A stretch of DNA of 49,024 bases, filler included, from Basidiobolus ranarum (taxonomy: Eukaryota): assembly GCA_040143965.1 (NCBI GenBank). It is 2 parts of 2 records of this genome, joined end to end, with 100 filler letters (N's around TTAATTAATTAA, not from the genome) between each part and the next. Parts side by side here need not be neighbours in the genome. Positions count along the whole stretch, not along the records: positions 24,586 to 49,024 come from JASJQH010000153.1; 1 more part is not named here. The stretch is one strand, 5' to 3'. This document shows, piece after piece, positions 28,128 to 39,985 of the stretch (position 1 is the first letter of the stretch; every line of letters begins with the position of its first letter). The translations under genes and the position numbers were made by a program. The notes beneath the pieces are model-generated. The model was given only the letters and a program-made list of their open reading frames with translations. It was not told where the DNA came from and did no database searches.

Positions 28128-30608
28128 CTAGGGAGTGTTGCTGAGATTGATGGACTGGAGAAGCTCCATAATGTGCATGATTTTGGGGATCATGTGTCGG
28201 TAACGTTTGGTTACAATGTCCTCAATAAAGTATTCCTCGGTCTTGCCTTCAGGATCGATAGAGACCAGGGTCCGGCCATACTCTCTAACTAGAATCTTTT
28301 GATGGTCATAGAAATTGAATTGAACTGTATGATTGGAGAGCAGCAACATTCTCGCGTGCTGGCTGTTAATCAAATCACCAATAACATGGAGTTTACGCGT
28401 GTCGAACTTGAGCACTTCTAACGTCTCACTGTTACTGCGCAAATGAGTTTTCATGAAGCGGTAGCTTTCGACAATCCTCTTGAACTTGAGTTTCAGCTCA
28501 GTCGAGGGGATTTTATCTGGAGAGAATTCAACGATCTCACCCGAATTATGATCACGGTACTGGCAAGATCGTCGATCAGAAGAGAGCGTGATACTCGTGT
28601 TATCGAGGAAGTTAAGACCAATTGCCTTATCTCCAAACTGGTAGGCTAATCCTACTTCAGGGAATCTGATGAATTTACGAACAAAAACTGCATCACTTTC
28701 GATGGGGTTCTTGACGGGATACTCGGTGGCGATGTTATCGATACGTCTCAGTTCATAATCCATCAAGGTGTTTTTGAGATTCATGATTATGGGCTCCACG
28801 AATGCTATAAGTTAAGTCAGTATCAAGATACAAGGGAACAGGTGTAAAGGGATGTTTATCTTACATGGCCTATTGGTGGCGTACGTGACATATGCCCCAG
28901 TACTTCCATTCGCGGGTGTTTGTCCGGGTTTTTCGTTTGATGGGGTTGGAATTGGTAGTTGGGTTTGTGGTTCAGGTTGCTTGACGGTGCGAGAGCGACG
29001 AACACGTTCATTGTTGAAAATATCGCGAGTTGTTTTAGACTTCAATGGGAATGGATCTCTGACAGAGGGACGCTCTTTATTGACCATCTCGGGCTTTCGT
29101 GAATGGTTCACTTCCAAGGGCTCTGCAGGCTTGGTTGGTTCAGCACTTTTATTGGATACTGCGGGAGTCTGGCCACGAATTCTAGGATTGATGGGTTCAG
29201 CTTCTTCAGATGAGTTGGAATCATCAACTCCAAGAGCTTTCATTTGTGCCACCAATGGATTGGTATTGTTATTACGAGCCAAGCTCTCTGTTTGATACTC
29301 TTCGTGCAGCTCTTCTTGAATTTTGGACATCAACTGCTTTCGCTCCTCTGCTCGGGTGGGAGGCAGATTTACAGCAGCAGGAGTGTCCGAAAAGAAAGGT
29401 AATTGAAGAAGCTCTCTAAATGTTAGCCTTGACTCCGGATTTCTATTAAGACATGCGCGAATGACCTCTTCTAGTTCTTGACTGCATGTGGTGGGGATTT
29501 GAAGTGGGGCTGATGTGATATTTCTTTCGACCTCTTTCAGGCTAGATCCTTTCCAAGGAGCACGAGAGAATGCCATAATGTAAATCATGACTCCGAACGA
29601 CCACACGTCAGCTTTAGTTCCATGTCCTATTCTAGTGACAATTTCTGGGGCCACATAATTTGGGGTTCCACATTTTGTAAGGCGGCGTTCGTTGTCCTCT
29701 CGAAGCTGTGCACAAAGGCCAAAGTCGGCAATTCTAGGCGTCCAATCTTGATCCAAGAGAACATTGGCAAGCTTCAAGTCACGATGGATCACTTTCATCT
29801 TTTCGTGAAGATAATTCAATCCACTGGCGACCTCACTCATCACTTTACGAATCTTTCTTTCAGAAATCGAACCCAAACGATCAGTCCAATCTTTCAGTGA
29901 GCCTCGAGGGCATATCCCAATGAATAAATATAAAAACTCAGTATCTTCATGTTGATGAATAAATTCCACGATATTTGGATGGGATGATTTGCGAGTGATT
30001 AACATCTCATATTTTAATCTCTCCAATACCTCCTGTCGTCTGATTGCGCTTTTAGCCATCACTTTCACCGCACACTCTTTTCCCGAGTTTCTATTGTATG
30101 CTTTGAATACTCTGCCGAATCCACCTTTCCCTAATATCTCCCGAAGCTCCCAAGATCCAACAGTAGTCTCAATAATAGAGGGTGGTTCAGGTAAATCGTC
30201 TTGACGACTTGTTTTGACCTGCTCTTGTGGTTTGGTTTGTTGAGGAACATGTTGTTCTAAGAAACGGCGATAATCATCAGCACGGTGTTGACGAGGGTCG
30301 AGAGCCGGTTGTGTTGTTCGAGTTTTCATCATGGGTTTGAGAAATCTATTAGGATCGGTTGGAGTGGCGGCGGTAGGAGTATTGGATGGATTGACGTTAA
30401 CGCTAGTTCTTTTTAGAGAATGAGGAGATGGTATTGCCAGACGTTCACTAGCATTACGAGTTCCAGCTTGCTTACTAGGCTCCGTAGGGCACATTTGGTT
30501 TGTGGTAGAAGTACGTTTGTTCATTGTTCGAGGTCTTAACTGTCTAGCGCTTGGTTCAGGAACACGAGCAACTGACGGATAAGCAAGTGTAGCAACTGGA
30601 TGAGACAT
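28128..30608 (-). CDS. Divergent Polo-like kinase; exons 30608-28865, 28804-28128
   Basis: GKGGFG, AVKV, HRDLKLAN, DFGL, TKCGTPNYVAPE; two polo-box-like segments (GLAYQFGDKAIGLNFLDNT; LLSNHTVQFNFYDHQKIL); a 60-nt GT-AG intron joins the two track ORFs in frame. Confidence 0.88.
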
Positions 30609-32673
30609 AAAAATAAGGAATAACTAATGAATCGGATAAAGGATTTCGGTACGAGAACAATAGCACTGCAATGACAGTGTTTAGTTTATATACACCAAAG
30701 AGAACGAAGTGAGGGTTCGAGAAAGTAAAGTTGAAAATTAAGGATGTTAAACTAAAGGATAAACGAGCATCAAATGATAAAAAAACAAAGATTGCGAAGT
30801 TTGCAAGAGTTGGTCAAATCAACGATATTATTATAGCAATTCGTAGTAAGGAAACCAGCAGTAATGTTTGTTTTGAAGATAAATGCTGGGAATGGGGTGG
30901 ATTCACAATCATCAAAACAAACCGAGCTTTCTGATTCGTCGAGCATGTATACATCACTAGGGCGGCCCTTGTAGCATGTGTCCAATAACTTTCAGCTGTC
31001 AGATGTGGATGGTTAATTATGGAATTTAGTGACTGAAGTTCTTTTTAATTACTTCTGGAAACACATGACGAACGACAACAATAACAAATGAGTACCTAGA
31101 TCATATATTGTGATAATTTTCACAGAATAATTGATTGATACTTGTTTCGATACCATTCGAAACAACTGGCCATCATTAACTATTACATAATGAAGAGGTT
31201 GGAATTGTTATTTACATAATAAATAAAATATGCACAAATGTGGATTTAAGTAATAAAGCGTAAGTAAAAGACTGATAATTTGCAACATTCAAATCTATAC
31301 CACCCAATTCATCGTAGTTTAGTTTGATTCTCACACAAGTGCTCTATTTTGGTTTAAACTTTGGTTTGTTTAAACCCACATATGATTAGCCTATCTTTGT
31401 TCCTTCTCAACACGCGATTACTTTTCCTTCGATATCCTCAGGTTGAATATTAGATGAGCAGGAATTCAGCATAATCAAGCGCAATACATACATTGTCTGT
31501 TGTTTGTACTGCCATGCTGTTATATAGTTATTTGTACCGCTATGGTGGGTAATGGTGTTGTTAATCCAGTACACAGGAAGGACACGGGGTGATCATCATC
31601 CAACTCTTGAAATTCATTTAAAAGATAAGAAATTTTTTCATAATCATTGGTTCATTGAAAGAGTCAACATTCCTAAAGCAGCAGCACATTGCACATTAAA
31701 AAGCTTCCGTTCATAAATCATTCAAATAAGCCGCTTTTCAGGGTTTGTAGTGATGAAGATCAGCCCAATGGTACCCAGTCAATGTTCGGGATAAGAATAC
31801 TCCTTAAATCAAACAAGACAGAAACTGACTTCTTGGAGAGTTTAAATTTGAAAGTAGGCTGAGGTGTAAAGAGTAGAAAAGTCCAAATGAGATATTGCCG
31901 ATGACACGAATCGGACATAAGCATGAAATCAACCATTTAGCTACTTTTATTAGGTAAGAACATTGTTTCCACTTCCAAAACTGGCTTAAGTGTAGTAGAT
32001 CAGCCGTTGTTTCAACTGAAACTAACATTTTGACTACTTTTCATGACACATTGAACCGGAGTTTAAATAGCCCAAGCACGGAAGAACGATGGGACAAGAT
32101 AGATCAAAGATATGCTATTACAACGATAGCAAGATGCTATAAAATTCTCAGGTGCAGTTGACCAATTCATAATCCTAGAAAGGAGAAAAAGCTGGTTCTT
32201 CGTTGGCTTGGATGAAACAAACCTCCAATCGGTATATTTTCAGAATGAAGGGGTATCAATTATATTCAATTTCTTCAGGTCTAGCATAAAGATTTTCGAG
32301 TGGCGCTAATGAAGCACACTATATTCTGACCAACAGTCATTTAAACAGCAATTAGGGGTGTTAGCAAACTTGAATCAGCCTAAAATTGGAGACTATGTCG
32401 ACTCAGGAGTACATGCTTTAACCCCAGGCACGCGTTACTATCATGAATGGTACTTGCAAACACAATTGCAACTTTTCATGCGAAGTCAGCATCTCTTCAT
32501 AATATAACCTGAAATGGGCAGATAAAATAGCTTTACCCACTGTATAGGGTGTGGTGTCGGCGGCTGTAAGGGTTGGGTTAGCCAAACTATAAAAGATTCA
32601 CCGGCTGTCCATTCTCAATATCACTATCTACAGTTATCCTTTATATAGACTATTCAAATCACAAATACTTAGC

Positions 32674-34080
32674 ATGGCTAATGAAGATTTCCCCGTCTCT
32701 GATGGGCAGAAAGCATCTATATTTGTTGTATATGTGATTTATCTGTCCTCCGTCATTGTAACCACAACCTTTTTCTGGAAATACAGAGAACATCCAGGTA
32801 TTCGATCCCGTAGTCTTCTGATTACTATGATCGGAGTCAGTGCCAACATTGTTCTTTCAACTGTATATCTAATGGGCCCCGTGTTCTCCACCTTCTTACC
32901 GTGCTTTGTCACACTGTGGTTTGGTTCATTATTGACCCCGGTGACTATGTTGACGACTGTTGGCAAGTTTCTTCGAGTCGCATATCTGTATCGTTCCTCG
33001 TTAGCCAAGTTGAAAGCCGAAAGACGTCGTCAAGAAGGATTAAAGGAAAAGAGCAAGAGTAACTCTATGCACTCCAGTAAAGACCAGGCAAGCGAACCAT
33101 CCATCGTACTGCTAAATATCGATTCTTCGACCAACCTCAAACTTTCACAGGATTACGACCTTGAAAGTAACTGGATTCAACGTCACTCGTATATTTTCGA
33201 AGATCATTTTTTGATTCGTATTCTTGGTGGCCTTACTCTATTCCATATCGTTTTGACCATCGTGGTGCAAGGGTTTACTCATAGCTATGCCTTCAACGCA
33301 CTTCCCCGATTGGATTGCTTTAATGGTTGGGAATATATTCCAGTATACGTGATAGGTTCTTGCGAAATTTTCTTGTTTGGAAGTGTGGTTATTCGATACA
33401 TCCGAGGTGTGTCTGATGCTTACAACATTGTCAAGGAGCTATCACTTATTGTCGTGGCTACCGGAACTGGTTTTTTCTTTCATTTACTGTTCGCCTACAC
33501 TCCTAATCTATACAATATCCGTGCTATAATCCCAGTGGGTACTTGGGGTTTCTGTACATTGTGGTCTATCCATCTATTGAATTGTGGTCTGCCATTGGTA
33601 GAAATCTATCAAACTAACAGAAGAGCCAAAAACTATCTTAATGGACGTAAACTTCCCAGCTTTGAAGAAGTGCTTGAGCACCCAATTCTATTCGAGAAAT
33701 TCAAGGCCTTTACTGTTAAAGATTTCAGTATTGAGAATGCGTTATTTTACGAACGTTACCTTAGACTACGTACCACACCAACTGCCTTTGTTAAAGACCA
33801 TGACCCTACTCGAGAGGATCGTTTACCAGTAGAAATCAAAGCCGAATTGAAATCTATCTATGAAACGTTCATTCAAATGGACTCGGATTACCAAGTGAAT
33901 CTGAAAGGTGAGACTATCTCGGAGATTGAAAGAAGAATTCGGGAAGACGAATATGCGCTTGATATGTTAGACCAAGCTTTGACGGAAGTGAAACTCCTCA
34001 TGTATCAACACACCTTTAAACGTTTCCTTCAACAAGAATACACGTATACCATGTTACCAGAGGCTCACGAGATGGATTAA
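32674..34080 (+). CDS. Seven-transmembrane protein with C-terminal RGS domain (GprK/AtRGS1-type architecture), intronless
   Basis: Seven hydrophobic segments in roughly residues 16-310, then FEEVLEHP...FKAFTVKDFSIENALFY...IYETFI...YQVNL (RGS motifs). Confidence 0.88.
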   Translation: MANEDFPVSDGQKASIFVVYVIYLSSVIVTTTFFWKYREHPGIRSRSLLITMIGVSANIVLSTVYLMGPVFSTFLPCFVTLWFGSLLTPVTMLTTVGKFLRVAYLYRSSLAKLKAERRRQEGLKEKSKSNSMHSSKDQASEPSIVLLNIDSSTNLKLSQDYDLESNWIQRHSYIFEDHFLIRILGGLTLFHIVLTIVVQGFTHSYAFNALPRLDCFNGWEYIPVYVIGSCEIFLFGSVVIRYIRGVSDAYNIVKELSLIVVATGTGFFFHLLFAYTPNLYNIRAIIPVGTWGFCTLWSIHLLNCGLPLVEIYQTNRRAKNYLNGRKLPSFEEVLEHPILFEKFKAFTVKDFSIENALFYERYLRLRTTPTAFVKDHDPTREDRLPVEIKAELKSIYETFIQMDSDYQVNLKGETISEIERRIREDEYALDMLDQALTEVKLLMYQHTFKRFLQQEYTYTMLPEAHEMD

Positions 34081-35378
34081 ACTCTACTCGAAGCTTAATG
34101 GATGGACTAATTAATTTGCAGTACTATATTTAACTTTCGTAATAATGTTATTTCCTCATTTCGATCCTTCGAACCACATTCCTTAAGTGCTGGGCGCTTT
34201 TCGTTCCAGCAGAAGTAATATGGCGATATTTGATTTCTCTTAGCCTCACATTCCCTTAATGAACATCTTTCTTTAATACTGTGTCATCTTTCGGAGAAGT
34301 GATAGGTTACCCATGGTATATAGATAGACGATTGTTCCCTCTTCATGTAGTTAATTTAAACTTGAGATCTATCGGTATTGCTGCGGCTTAAGGATAAACG
34401 AATTATAGGAAATGTTGAAGGCTATACATATTTAGTAATTTGTAATATATATCTATGGTTGCTGATGATACTCTCCATGCTTAGCTCAGATGAATGTGAA
34501 ACAGATCTTTGATTGGTGTCTACAAAAGGGCACAAGCGGAGTCATCTACAACTGCTCCCCAACACAATAACTGTGAATATAGTAGGGAGCATTATGCGAC
34601 TCCGTTAGATCTTGTACTAATCTAAATCTGGACAGGTTTTGTAACTATATGTGATGCCACCATGTTCGGATACTGCATCAAGTACATAGATAACTACATA
34701 CAATTTACATAAATTGATTAGAACATGGTTGACATTGGCACTGTTGGTAACATTCTTTGGATTCTGCTTGAAGGATGGATCTTTGGTCTTTCTATCTCAT
34801 AGGTGAAATTTTATGCATGCTGAGTATTGTTTGTATACTTCTTGGTTACGAGTGCTCCAAAATTAGTGCACTTCTCCTTTGAACAAATCCAAGGATTGAT
34901 GTGAATGCCCTATGGCTGATTTTATTAAGTTGGGAGGTCTTTCTGCACTTGGAATTATCTTCAAAATAACCATTGTTCCCCTTCGCAGTGCAGCATTGGA
35001 GGTTAGCCAGGCTATCACTGTGGTCATTTGACCAACATATTAGTGCTTCTGGGATGGAGCGAATTGCCTAAGCACGCAACCCTCATGTCATAGTATTTCT
35101 CTACATCACAATTTATCCCGAAAGTCTATAAATAAATATCACCTCGATATCATTGGTTAAGATAGAAAAATTTCAACAGAATTTCTACGTTCAAGATCCA
35201 TTCAGATCAGATGGCCGGGGACCAGAGGGGAATTTTTAGCACCATCACTCTAAATACCTAAAGAACCAATTAAAAAGCAAGAAGAGTTTTTTTCCAAAAA
35301 AGTGGGTTTAAAAGTGGATTTCTTGGTTTTAGTAACTACCTTTTTTCCCGGTCGGTTGAATCAATCCGTGTTGTAATC

Positions 35379-36162
35379 ATGGCTCCTCCAAGAAACTGTA
35401 TTCTATGAACGTTGTGGGTTGTACGAATTTACTTTATCTGTGTTTGTTTGAAATTCTTTTTGTTTGTTTCAATGAGTACCCATCGTTCGAGAAGAGCTAC
35501 ATAGCTACTTCTCTGGGCATGAACGAAGTTAACCAATTAATGATTGGGCCTCATGATCATAGGCAAGTGATGAGAGCACCTTATCGCTTGACCGGTTTAT
35601 TTTCTGATTTCTAGGCTCCAAGACCTACAAGGTTCCCAGACGTCCCTTCGAGAAGGAACGTATGGACCAAGAATTAAAGATTATTGGTGAATACGGACTC
35701 CGTAACAAGCGTGAAATCTGGAGAATCGGATACACTCTCTCCAACATCCGTCGTGCTGCTCGTGAGCTTCTCACATTAGATGTCAAGGATACCCGTCGTC
35801 TCTTCGAAGGTAACGCCCTTATTCGTCGTCTTATCCGTATTGGTGTCTTGGATGAATCTAAGGCCAAGCTCGATTACGTCTTGGGTCTCAAGGTTGAAGA
35901 TTTCTTGGAACGTCGTCTCCAAACCCAAGTTTTCAAATTGGGATTAGCCAAATCCATCCATCATGCTCGTGTCCTTATCAAGCAAAGACACATCCGTGTT
36001 GGTAAGCAAGTCGTCGATATTCCTTCTTTCGTTGTTCGTTTGGAATCCCAGAAGCATATCGATTTCGCTTTGACTTCTCCTTACGGTGGTGGTCGTGCTG
36101 GTCGTGTCAAGAGAAAGAGAATGGCCGCCGGTGCTGGTGCTGAGGAAGAAGACGAAGAATAA
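35379..36162 (+). CDS. RPS9: 40S ribosomal protein uS4 (S9); exons 35379-35397, 35615-36162
   Basis: [43 protein letters not shown]...[26 protein letters not shown]. Confidence 0.97.
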
Positions 36163-37045
36163 TTTAATTCAATTTGATTTACCAATATTCTTCCTTCAAT
36201 AAATTGTCAATTTGTTTATTCTATTAAGTGAACATCCATTTCATTCCGTCTATCCATCCAGTGGTCAATTTGTATTGAACTCATCATTTCTGCGCTTTAA
36301 TTGTATTGTGTATAACCATGCAAAGAATACTATCCTTTGTCAAGGAATTCTTTACAGTTTGTTCTTTCAGCATTCAAGTATTCCCTGCAAGTTCCACTGA
36401 ACCGAAAGTTCTATTGCTTTAATATTGGTCATTCGCTGTGAGTAATTTATTGTCAAACATAGACAGGTGGAAAGGCAATTCTTATCCTGAATCCAATAAT
36501 GACTACCAACCTTGGAAAGTTAATCCAAAATCAGGTTGAAGAATTAAATTCTTGATTGAGGACCAAAGCGATATAAAGTGATTATCTTCACTTTTTAGAT
36601 TCATTCAAGGGAGGTGTATTTTAGGGTTAGGGTTTGAGCAGTCAATATGTATATGTATTGTTCAACAATGCTAAGCCTCTGATATCTACTCAAAGAAGCG
36701 AGATGGTTGAAACAGGAACAGGAGTGGTTGCAAGGGTAGTCCCACGGTCTTTAAAATGAAACGATTTGTTTATTGTAAATATTGCTCATAAACCAATACC
36801 ATTGTATAATATATGTATATATAAATCAGGGAGTCATTGACAACAAATACAATAAGGTGATACGAGACTGTCGTAATCAATTTAATGAAACAAGTCATAA
36901 TTCTATGATCATGAGCTTAACAAATATATCTATAGTAAGCTGGTGAATACTGGATATATATATATACTTGAATACTTGTTACTCGTCATTGTTCATGAAC
37001 TCGTCATGGTGTAATCTCGTCAAACTATAAAAGTCGAACCTTTCA

Positions 37046-39418
37046 ATGCTGATGGTGGACCAAGCATTGATCATGAGTGTTCCATCAATGGAGAATAACG
37101 ATACTGACTCTTCATATTCTAATGACGAAAAGTTGGACTCAAACTGTGCTTTTTATAGTTATCATGCTGAGAAAGCATTAAAGCATGCAAGTAACTTCAT
37201 ATTTCTTCTTGGAGTCGACTGTTAATAACAATCTTAATAAACATAGGAGGATTCCAAAATCATTGCTCAACAAGTAAAGGCAGCTGAGGAAGAGCAGAAA
37301 GCCACTCACAAACCCTCCTATAGCGGCCGAACGCCTGAAGGAATTCAAGCCCTAGTTGCGATGTACCAAGCTACACATATTCAAGGTATAAATGATGATT
37401 TGAAGTCTAATAAAGTAACCTCTAATCAATATCTCATGCTAGACGAAAGTTACAAGGAGGAGCTAAGGCAGATTTACACAAATGTTCAAAAATGTATGGA
37501 CCTGCGCGACAAATACATAGCCGTATCTCTTCAAAGACCAAATGATGATCCCAGAAATCTACCAGGCTGGGAGATTTACCCTCCACCACCGCCTCCTGGC
37601 TCGAAATCCGGAGAATTTCCAGTTGGTTACGATTTTGATCCAACTCATGTTAAAATGGCTGAAAGTCACTCGGTAACAGTTCACACTCATGGTAGCATAT
37701 TCAATACAAACTAACAATATCTTATAGTTCAACTTTAGCATGGATGAAAGTGGAGTCTATCAAATATATCGCACTACAGAAGGTTCGTATTAGTAGACAA
37801 TATATCATTCAAATCCATTCCAACCGACTCTTTTGCCTTGCCTCTTCCCCTTCATAGATCTCGAACAAGGAAAGCCTGCTTATCACATCCCCTCTATTAG
37901 AGATTACTACCGAGACTTAGAGTTTATCCTTAGTGTGATTTCCGATGGTCAAACCAAATCATTGGCGTTTGATCGTCTACGGTATCTTGAAAGTAGCTGG
38001 GACCTTTATGCCTTGTTGAATGAATATCAGGAAATAGCAGATTCTAAGGTAGACTATCCTAGTTACTATGGCTTATTGAACTAGTGAAGTTAAGTGAGAA
38101 GTTTAGAGAGTGCCTCATAGGGATTTCTACAACGTTCGCAAAGTAGACACTCATGTTCATCATTCGGCTTGCATGAACCAAAAGCATTTGCTGCGCTTCA
38201 TCAAATCCAAGCTGAAGAAGAATCCAGACGTAAGTGAATACTAAGCAATCAAATCCATCTTGACTTACTAACGATGTATCAGGATATTGTAATTCATCGT
38301 GATGACAAAGATTTGACATTAGCCGAAGTATTCGAGAGTTTAAAGCTCACAGTCTATGATCTGAGTATTGATACTCTGGATATGCACGTAAGTATGGTTG
38401 TGCTGCTTTCAGATAGCATTTTCTAACCGATAATTGCAAATACAGGCACATACCGATTCTTTTCATCGCTTTGACAAATTCAATCTGAAATACAACCCCA
38501 TTGGAGAAAGTAGACTGAGAGAGATTTTCCTAAAAACAGATAATAAGATTCAAGGGTCCTACCTTGCAGAACTTACGCGAGGTACGTACCAGGATTAGAA
38601 TTGTTGAAACTGTTGGTTATTTTATTAAATGAGATCATGTAATAGAGGTCATTGGAGACCTCGAGTCTAGTAAGTACCAGCTAGCTGAGTATAGAATATC
38701 CATCTACGGAAGGTCGGTTGATAGAGATCAAATTCATTTTAATTTAAATGTGACTGACGCTCGTTTAATAGATCCGCTTCCGAATGGGATAAGCTAGCAA
38801 AATGGGTCATTAACAACAAACTTTTTTCACCCAATGTTCGTTGGCTTATTCAAATTCCTCGGTTGTATAATGTGTACAAAAGCACTGGCATTGTAGAGAA
38901 CTTCGAGCAGATAATCTACAGTATGTCATTCAACCATCGTTTTTCTATTTTGCAGCTACCGATTCATGAGTCTTTTAGATGTTTTCAATCCATTATTTGA
39001 GGTTACCAAGGACCCCTCATCTCATCCTGAACTTCATATCTTCCTTCAAAGAGTAGTTGGTTTTGACAGTGTCGACGACGAGAGTAAGGCAGAGCGTCGT
39101 ATTCATCGCAAATATCCTCTCCCAAAGGCCTGGGATATGCCTCTAAACCCACCATATACCTACTATCTGTACTACCTGTATGCCAACATCGCCTCTCTCA
39201 ACCACTGGAGAAAGGAGCGAGGATTTAGTAAGTCTTAGTGATATTTTCCTAGATGACTATGAGCACATTACCAACCCATCGTTTTAGGTGCATTCGTCCT
39301 TCGACCTCACTCTGGAGAAGCAGGGGATACGGATCATTTGGCTTCAGCTTATTTGACATCGTGGAGTATTAATCATGGGATTCTTCTTCGTAAAGTTCCA
39401 GCCCTTCAATACTTATAT
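37046..39418 (+). CDS. AMD1: AMP deaminase, about 11 exons, homology ends at ~39418 and the C-terminal catalytic segment is missing (start may be the ATG at 37073); truncated, chimeric or pseudogenising
   Basis: [78 protein letters not shown]; the expected SPLSNN and SLSTDDP motifs are not found downstream. Confidence 0.88.
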
Positions 39419-39713
39419 CAGCAGACAGCAGCTATGAATTATGTAGAACTAAACTTAAGCCCAGATACCGGTAAGTTTTGAGCACTTCTTTAAGAATAGA
39501 ATTTACTCAACAATTGGTTGACTTGGTTTCTTTCAAGTGGATAATTTCTCCACCACAAATAATGGGAAGTTATTATGGTTTGCTACACCTCCTTTAGTAA
39601 TAGATACAGTGGAAAAGCCTCAACATTCTTTAGAATACATGTATCATAAACTTAGTCAACGTAAACTTAAAGTAGCCAATCCAACTCCTCAGAACAAACC
39701 AACCCATAACTGA
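39419..39713 (+). CDS. Foreign C-terminal segment in frame with the AMP deaminase, resembling the Rsc1/Rsc2 C-terminal motif; intron 39471-39537
   Basis: [81 protein letters not shown] donor, TTGAC branch-like site, AAG acceptor. Confidence 0.6.
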
Positions 39714-39985
39714 CTTCGTATGTATAGAATGCCGTTTAACAAGAGTTAGGGTATCTAACTTGGTCAAGGTAAAATGATGATCGGGGCTTTAACATGTCAG
39801 ATAGACAAACGTGTTTGTACAGAATCATTTATGTCTCTAATAAATTTCATATAATAAGGTTAATAATATACAATTGATTAAGATATATTCATCAATGCCA
39901 TGATATATCGAATTTATTGAAAATGTATGAATGTGTATGTAATGTAACGAAAGAAAAGAAACGAAACGAAATCCTCCCAATGAGA

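Noticed and set aside
28443-30204. Antisense ORFs over the Polo kinase (similar ones over RPS9, SHM1 and the forkhead genes)
   Set aside because: Shadow ORFs explained by codon bias of the real gene on the opposite strand
35568-35607. GTGATGA...CTGA pair in the RPS9 intron as a C/D snoRNA
   Set aside because: Only ~40 nt long and overlapping the branch/acceptor region
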